Part shown: piece after piece, positions 58,564-64,000 of the stretch
How the letters are laid out: each line of letters begins with the position of its first letter
How positions within the stretch are numbered: the first letter of the stretch is position 1
From: an uncultured Mollicutes bacterium
Lineage (GTDB): Bacteria > Bacillota_I > Bacilli_A > ML615J-28 > CAG-313
Assembly (NCBI GenBank): GCA_900548675.1
Contig: URLJ01000001.1
Span: 9,012 to 73,011, forward strand
Length of the DNA: 64,000 nt
Reading direction: 5' to 3'
The notes under the pieces: model-generated
What the model was told of the DNA's origin: nothing
Databases searched by the model: none
The model's input: only the letters and a program-made list of their open reading frames with translations
Program-made: the position numbers and the translations under genes

Positions 58564-59609
58564 GAATAGGAATTATAGATTGTGATTTAGTAGAAAATCC
58601 AGATTTATCGTTGTACAATGTTGAAGCGCTTAAAATTATAAAATATTATGAGAAGAATGGACACGAAGCGTGTGTTCTTCTTCCTGGCGCAAACGTATTT
58701 GAATATGATAAATTAATTATTTGTGGGCAAATGACTAATAAATTTTATTCAATTATGCATACTGACAAACATCCTAATAAAGAATATATTGGTCCAGCTT
58801 TTAATAATTTACAGTATATTCCAATTGGTATTAACGAAGTTGATTTTGAAGAAGTCGATACTAAACCATATGATACATTGATACAAGTGCAGCGTAGTAA
58901 AACTAAAAAAGATATTACTAAATCAGCTGAAAAAGAAAGATGGTTACGTTTGTTTCCTACTCAGCAATCAGTTAGTCTAAAAACAATTTTAACTGGTGAA
59001 ACTTTTAGATTGGTAGATAATTATTTATTTGATAAAGATAATTGGGAAGAGGTTTTAAAAACAATGAGTATTTATCCTCGTTATTTTAAATTTGTTATGC
59101 CTCAAATTATTAAAACTCAACAAGACTTTGATAACTTTATAAAAATAAAATCTTATAATTTTATTAAATTAAATTGCGCGATTACCATAGAAAATATAGA
59201 TAATTTTCGCGCGTTTTGCGAACAAAACAAAGATTTATTAAATATATATAAAGAATGTATTTATTATACTATTGGATATAGTGCATCAAACAATTACACA
59301 GAAGAATTTTATTTACAAGAATTAAATAATGTTTTTAAAAAAATAGAAATATTAAACGATTTAGGAATAGAAGTTGTGCGCAAAGGATTTTACATTAGAA
59401 ACAGTAATTTTATTTTTACACATTCAATATTTTTAGCCTTATCTAGTTTTATACGAACAGAATGGAATAATGAACATAATTTTAAAGAGGCGTTTACAAA
59501 AACAGTTCGTATTAGAGAAGTAGCCTTACAACGTTTTTATCGTTTCTTAAATCGTAATCAACAATATTATTTCTTATTTAATAAAAAATTCAAAAGGAGG
59601 AATCTATAG
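58560..59609 (+). CDS. Hypothetical protein
   Basis: ORF translationally coupled to the polymerase gene. Confidence 0.55.
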   Translation: MRIGIIDCDLVENPDLSLYNVEALKIIKYYEKNGHEACVLLPGANVFEYDKLIICGQMTNKFYSIMHTDKHPNKEYIGPAFNNLQYIPIGINEVDFEEVDTKPYDTLIQVQRSKTKKDITKSAEKERWLRLFPTQQSVSLKTILTGETFRLVDNYLFDKDNWEEVLKTMSIYPRYFKFVMPQIIKTQQDFDNFIKIKSYNFIKLNCAITIENIDNFRAFCEQNKDLLNIYKECIYYTIGYSASNNYTEEFYLQELNNVFKKIEILNDLGIEVVRKGFYIRNSNFIFTHSIFLALSSFIRTEWNNEHNFKEAFTKTVRIREVALQRFYRFLNRNQQYYFLFNKKFKRRNL

Positions 59610-59613
59610 AACT

Positions 59614-59829
59614 ATGTTAGAAAATGATTATGACCTTGTACGACAATCATTAGAGAAAATAGGGCACACACATTCCTTTGAAGACACCGAAGGGTTTTTA
59701 AGTCCTTACAGGCAAAAGATGAAACGAGCACAACAAAAATGTACTCATATGTGGTCTAATGATACTGATGCAGTTTATGAAGGGCCACACGGAATTAGAA
59801 TTTGCGCCATTTGCAAAAAGAGATTTTAA
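59614..59829 (+). CDS. Small zinc-binding hypothetical protein
   Basis: CTHMW ... CAICKK. Confidence 0.45.
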   Translation: MLENDYDLVRQSLEKIGHTHSFEDTEGFLSPYRQKMKRAQQKCTHMWSNDTDAVYEGPHGIRICAICKKRF

Positions 59830-59841
59830 GGAGGTATTATT

Positions 59842-60075
59842 ATGGAAGAAATGAACGACAAAGAAATTTGTAACTTTGTAAAAGCTGCAATTGAAACCTT
59901 AGAAGAAAAAAAGAAAAATGAAGTAATGAAAGCGGTAGGTCAATTTGTTTATAATCCTGCAATTGGAGAAATTAATAAACAAATTGCTAATTTTCAAAAC
60001 AAGTGTAAACATATAAACATAGATGGCAAAGGACAATGTGTTTATTGTAAAAAACAAATTGAATCAATAAGATAG
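59842..60075 (+). CDS. Small zinc-binding hypothetical protein
   Basis: CKH ... CVYCKK. Confidence 0.45.
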   Translation: MEEMNDKEICNFVKAAIETLEEKKKNEVMKAVGQFVYNPAIGEINKQIANFQNKCKHINIDGKGQCVYCKKQIESIR

Positions 60076-60083
60076 GAGGTAAT

Positions 60084-62261
60084 ATGATAGTTGTAAAAAG
60101 ACACGGTGGAGAAGAAAAGTTTAATAAGGATAAAATTATTAAAGCGGTTTTATCAGCTTTTCAAGATGTAGATAAAGAAATTACAGAAGAAGCACAAAAC
60201 ATAGCACAAAAAATTGGTGACGCAGTTGAACAACATAAGAGAAAGAAAATGACAGTTGAAGAAATACAAGATTTTGTAGAGGATAAATTAATGAAGAGTA
60301 GCAGAAAAGATGTTGCTCAAACATATATTAGATATCGTTTTTTACACAAATTAGCTCGTGACGAATATAAAGAATTAATGAATGCCGTGGGTGATAAATT
60401 AACTTGTAAAAATATTGAAAACCAAAATGCAAATGTCGACGAGCATTCGTTTGGTGGAAGAATTGGCGCGGCTTGCGACTATCTTATGAAAGAATATGCA
60501 TTAAATTATTGTATGAGTCCATTATCAAGACAAAATCATTTAAATAACGAAATTTATATTCACGATTTGAATGCATATGCAGTTGGAGAACATAATTGTC
60601 TTTCTATTCCATTAGATAAATTATTAGCTACAGGGTTTAATACTAGACAAATTGATGTTAGACCTGCACAATCTATTAATACAGCATTTCAATTAGTTGC
60701 TGTAATATTTCAAATTCAATCTCTTCAACAATTTGGTGGAGTTAGTGCAACGCATTTAGATTGGACTATGGTTCCATATGTAAGAAAATCTTTTAATAAA
60801 CACTTTAGAGAAGGATTAAAATATGTTGAAGAAAGAGAAGACCAAATTGAAGTGTATAGAAATGTTAAAGCAGAAGAAATCAGTATTGAAGATAATTGGT
60901 ATAAAGATTTTCCAAAAGCATATAAGTATGCAATGGATATGACAATAAAAGAAACACATCAAGCAGTTGAAGGAATGTATCATAATTTAAATACATTACA
61001 AAGCAGAAGTGGAAATCAATTGCCATTTAGTTCTGTAAATTACGGAACTTGTACTTTACCAGAGGGTAGAATGGTTATAAAAGCATTATTAGAGGTATCA
61101 ATTGAAGGATTAGGTAAACTTCATAGAACATCTATTTTCCCTTGCAGTATTTTCCAATTAGGCAAAGGAATTAATCGTCAACCAGGAGACCCTAATTATG
61201 ATTTATTTCAATTAGCATTAAAATCAACTTCATTAAGGTTATATCCTAATTATGCTAATATAGATTGGTCAGGAAATACTGGATATGACATTAGTGACCC
61301 TAAAACTTATTTTAGCACAATGGGATGTAGAACTGCAAATGGAATGGATATTAATGGTATGGAACAAACAAAAGACGGTAGAGGAAACATTTGTCCAGTA
61401 ACAATTATTATGCCTACATTAGCTATGAAAGCTGACAGAGACGTAGAAAAATTTATGAAATTATTAGATAAAAAAATTGGTGAAGCAAAAGATATGTTGC
61501 TTGAAAGATTTGAATATATTTGTTCTCAAGATGCAAATTCAGCTAAGTTTATGTATGAAAATGGTACAATGGAAGGTTATGTACCAGAAGAAGGTATAAG
61601 AAGCGCGCTAAAGCATGGTACAATTGTTATAGGACAATTAGGTTTAGCAGAAACTCTTGAATTATTAATTGGTGAAAATCATACACATGAAAAAGGTATG
61701 GAATTAGCTAAAAGAATTGAACAATTATTTAAAGACAGATGCGCAGAATTTAAGAAAAAATACAAATTAAATTTTGGTGTATATTATACTCCAGCTGAAA
61801 ATTTGTGTTATACAGCGTTACAGAAATTTAGAAAACAATATGGTATAATAGAAAAAGTGTCTGATAGAGAATTCTTTACAAATAGTATGCATGTACCAGT
61901 TTGGGAAAAAGTAAATGCTTTTGAAAAAATTGATATTGAAAGTGAATTAACTGGATATTCTAGTGCAGGATGTATTACTTATATTGAATTAGAATCTTCC
62001 GTTAAAAATAATTTAGAAAGTTTAGAAGCAGTTGTAAATTATGCAATGGATAAAGACATTCCATATTTTGCTTTAAATGTACCAAATGATTGTTGTATGA
62101 CTTGCGGTTATACTGAAGAATTAGATGAAACTTGTCCAATTTGCGGAGGAACTGAAATTCAAAGATTAAGAAGAGTAACTGGCTATTTAACAGGAGATTA
62201 CAAAACTGCTTTTAACGCAGGAAAACAACAAGAAGTGGAAATGAGAGTAAAACATATATAA
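60084..62261 (+). CDS. nrdD: Anaerobic ribonucleoside-triphosphate reductase (class III)
   Basis: ATP-cone N-terminus; glycyl-radical motif RVTGYLTG; C-terminal CxxC...CxxC zinc site. Confidence 0.95.
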   Translation: MIVVKRHGGEEKFNKDKIIKAVLSAFQDVDKEITEEAQNIAQKIGDAVEQHKRKKMTVEEIQDFVEDKLMKSSRKDVAQTYIRYRFLHKLARDEYKELMNAVGDKLTCKNIENQNANVDEHSFGGRIGAACDYLMKEYALNYCMSPLSRQNHLNNEIYIHDLNAYAVGEHNCLSIPLDKLLATGFNTRQIDVRPAQSINTAFQLVAVIFQIQSLQQFGGVSATHLDWTMVPYVRKSFNKHFREGLKYVEEREDQIEVYRNVKAEEISIEDNWYKDFPKAYKYAMDMTIKETHQAVEGMYHNLNTLQSRSGNQLPFSSVNYGTCTLPEGRMVIKALLEVSIEGLGKLHRTSIFPCSIFQLGKGINRQPGDPNYDLFQLALKSTSLRLYPNYANIDWSGNTGYDISDPKTYFSTMGCRTANGMDINGMEQTKDGRGNICPVTIIMPTLAMKADRDVEKFMKLLDKKIGEAKDMLLERFEYICSQDANSAKFMYENGTMEGYVPEEGIRSALKHGTIVIGQLGLAETLELLIGENHTHEKGMELAKRIEQLFKDRCAEFKKKYKLNFGVYYTPAENLCYTALQKFRKQYGIIEKVSDREFFTNSMHVPVWEKVNAFEKIDIESELTGYSSAGCITYIELESSVKNNLESLEAVVNYAMDKDIPYFALNVPNDCCMTCGYTEELDETCPICGGTEIQRLRRVTGYLTGDYKTAFNAGKQQEVEMRVKHI

Positions 62262-62271
62262 AGGAGTATTA

Positions 62272-62790
62272 ATGAATTACGTAAAAATTATTGAAAGAGA
62301 TTTTGGGAATGGTCCTGGAGTTCGCGTGAGTCTTTTTGTTAGTGGTTGTAGCAATCATTGTAAAGGTTGCTTCAACCAAGAGGCCTGGAACCCTAATTAT
62401 GGACAACCTTTTACAGATGAAACAATAAAAGAAATATTAGAATTAGTTGACCATCCATCGTGTTCAGGTTTAAGTATCCTTGGCGGCGACCCTATGGAAA
62501 GTTATAATTTACAAGGTATTGAAAAATTAATTATTGCATTTCGTCGTAGATTTGGATTTGAAAAAACAATTTGGTTGTGGACTGGACGCATTTTAGAAGA
62601 AATGATGAATGACTATTGGAGAATAAATATTCTTCGCGCGATTGATGTGTTAGTTGATGGGCCGTTTAAATTAAAAGAAAAGGATTTAAGATTAACATTT
62701 AGAGGTTCAAAAAATCAACGTATCATTGATATGCAAGCTACACAAACATTTAATCAATTAATATTGGTTGAGAAATATATGGATAGTTGA
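62272..62790 (+). CDS. nrdG: Anaerobic RNR activating protein (radical SAM)
   Basis: CSNHCKGC radical-SAM cluster motif. Confidence 0.9.
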   Translation: MNYVKIIERDFGNGPGVRVSLFVSGCSNHCKGCFNQEAWNPNYGQPFTDETIKEILELVDHPSCSGLSILGGDPMESYNLQGIEKLIIAFRRRFGFEKTIWLWTGRILEEMMNDYWRINILRAIDVLVDGPFKLKEKDLRLTFRGSKNQRIIDMQATQTFNQLILVEKYMDS

Positions 62791-62799
62791 TTTTAAATC

Positions 62800-62830
62800 A
62801 AAATTGTAGTATAATTATATTATAAGAAAA
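62800..62830 (+). promoter_or_regulatory. Extended -10 promoter (TGTAGTATAAT) with TATATTATAAG box
   Basis: aaattgtagtataattatattataag. Confidence 0.45.
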
Positions 62831-62857
62831 ATATAAAGAGGAGTTGAAAGGAGTAAT

Positions 62858-63664
62858 ATGGAGTACAAAACAATTAGAAATTTATGTATTGCCGGAGTAG
62901 CGGGAATAATTCTTTTAATAGTTTTATTTAGTTCTATCGCTACAATACCAACAGGATTTGTTGGAGTAAAAACAAGATTTGGAAAGGTTCAAGAAACAAT
63001 GATTAATGAAGGGTTTAATTTAAAAGCGCCTTTTATTGAAAAAATAGTTAAAATCGATTGTAGAACTCAAAAAATTGATTACACAATGGAAGCTAGTTCA
63101 AGAGATTTACAAAAGGTTAGTAATTTAAAAATTTCAGTTAATTACAATGTTTCAAAAGATAGTGCAAATCAATTGTATAAAAACGTAGGTGTAGATTATA
63201 AAACTATCGTTTTAGAACCAGCAATTTACGAAGCTATTAAATCAACAATAGCAAACTATACAGCAGAAGAATTAATTACAAAAAGAGATGAGGTTTCGGC
63301 ATTGGCGCTTGAAGCATTATACAATAGAGTGCACGACAAAGGAATTTACATAACTGCATTAAGTATAGCAGACTTATCTTTTTCAGCAGAATTCGATGCA
63401 GCTATTGAAGCAAAACAAATCGTTGAACAGCAAACAAAACAAGCTGAATACGAATTAGAAAAAGCTAAAATTGAAAACGAAAAAGCAATTGAAAATGCAA
63501 AGGCTGAAGCAGAAGTAATGAGACAACAAAATGCACAAATTACAGAACAAACTTTAAGATTAAAAGAATTAGAGATTCAACAAGCATTCATTGAAAAATG
63601 GAATGGACAATTAAGTACATATTCAATGGGAAATTCAGTACCATTTATTAATATAGGAGATTAA
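62858..63664 (+). CDS. SPFH/band-7 (prohibitin/HflK-like) membrane protein
   Basis: N-terminal transmembrane segment and SPFH core (GFVGVKTRFGKVQ...), coiled-coil C-terminus. Confidence 0.8.
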   Translation: MEYKTIRNLCIAGVAGIILLIVLFSSIATIPTGFVGVKTRFGKVQETMINEGFNLKAPFIEKIVKIDCRTQKIDYTMEASSRDLQKVSNLKISVNYNVSKDSANQLYKNVGVDYKTIVLEPAIYEAIKSTIANYTAEELITKRDEVSALALEALYNRVHDKGIYITALSIADLSFSAEFDAAIEAKQIVEQQTKQAEYELEKAKIENEKAIENAKAEAEVMRQQNAQITEQTLRLKELEIQQAFIEKWNGQLSTYSMGNSVPFINIGD

Positions 63665-63674
63665 GGAGGATTAT

Positions 63675-63980
63675 ATGTTACAAACTAATTTAGAACCATA
63701 TACAACCACAAGTGCTACTGCATATGAACCATACACTCTTACATTACATCATTCAGGTGTAAATCTTCTTAAAACTAAATCAATGCCAGAAATAACACAA
63801 GTAATTTTTCAAAAAGATTTAACAATAGTTGTGTGGGCAGATAAAGAAAGAACAATAGTAAAATGTTCTGAAGAAGATTTTGATAAAGAAAAAGGTCTAG
63901 CAATGGCAATTGCAAAAAGATTTATGGAAAGAAATAAATTTAAAAAATTATTGGATACTGCTGTTATTCAAGATAAATAG
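63675..63980 (+). CDS. Hypothetical protein
   Basis: ORF with RBS aaggagg. Confidence 0.55.
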   Translation: MLQTNLEPYTTTSATAYEPYTLTLHHSGVNLLKTKSMPEITQVIFQKDLTIVVWADKERTIVKCSEEDFDKEKGLAMAIAKRFMERNKFKKLLDTAVIQDK

Positions 63981-64000
63981 GAGGAACTATGGCAAAACAA

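Overview
The window reads as an AT-rich (about 28-30% GC) bacteriophage genome segment, probably from a phage of a low-GC anaerobe (class III anaerobic ribonucleotide reductase, BspA-like leucine-rich-repeat proteins). The organisation is: a plus-strand leader with sigma70-like promoters and three tRNAs (1-1151), in which an initiator-type tRNA-Met(CAU) is split at the anticodon loop by about 560 bp of group-I-intron-like sequence encoding an HNH endonuclease; two small plus-strand genes (1440-2192) converging on a terminator pair; then a long minus-strand block (about 2.3-30.5 kb) of small early-type genes, each preceded by a nearly identical ~45-bp TTGACT-N17-TATAAT-TATATTATA promoter cassette. 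That block carries at least 17 minus-strand tRNA genes, a tmRNA (ssrA-like, encoded tag A-N-E-V-L-M-A-A), two HNH endonucleases, an Rnl2-type RNA ligase fused to a Trbp111/EMAP-like tRNA-binding domain, two calcineurin-like phosphoesterases, a protein-kinase-like protein, GT1 and GT2 glycosyltransferases, serine hydroxymethyltransferase (glyA), a Dda/RecD-like SF1 helicase, a vWA (MIDAS) protein with a tRNA-like element just upstream, and several GC-enriched ORF-free blocks that look like structured RNAs. From 30.6 kb a divergent promoter region with CGCGCG palindromes leads into a plus-strand module: M23 peptidase, two BspA-like LRR proteins, RNase H, a P-loop-kinase/HD-domain (polynucleotide-kinase-like) gene that appears frameshifted, a Pol-beta-fold nucleotidyltransferase, a T4 gp1-like dNMP kinase, an ATP-dependent ligase, type IIA topoisomerase subunits, a Sak4-like RecA-fold ATPase, DnaB-like helicase, primase, DHH phosphoesterase, 3D-domain protein, DNA polymerase III alpha (PHP domain), NrdD/NrdG and an SPFH protein. 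The most interesting content is a translation-maintenance and tRNA-repair island: tRNA array, tmRNA, an intron-split initiator tRNA, and RNA ligase plus kinase/phosphoesterase partners. All calls are from reading the sequence and family-motif knowledge; no searches were run.
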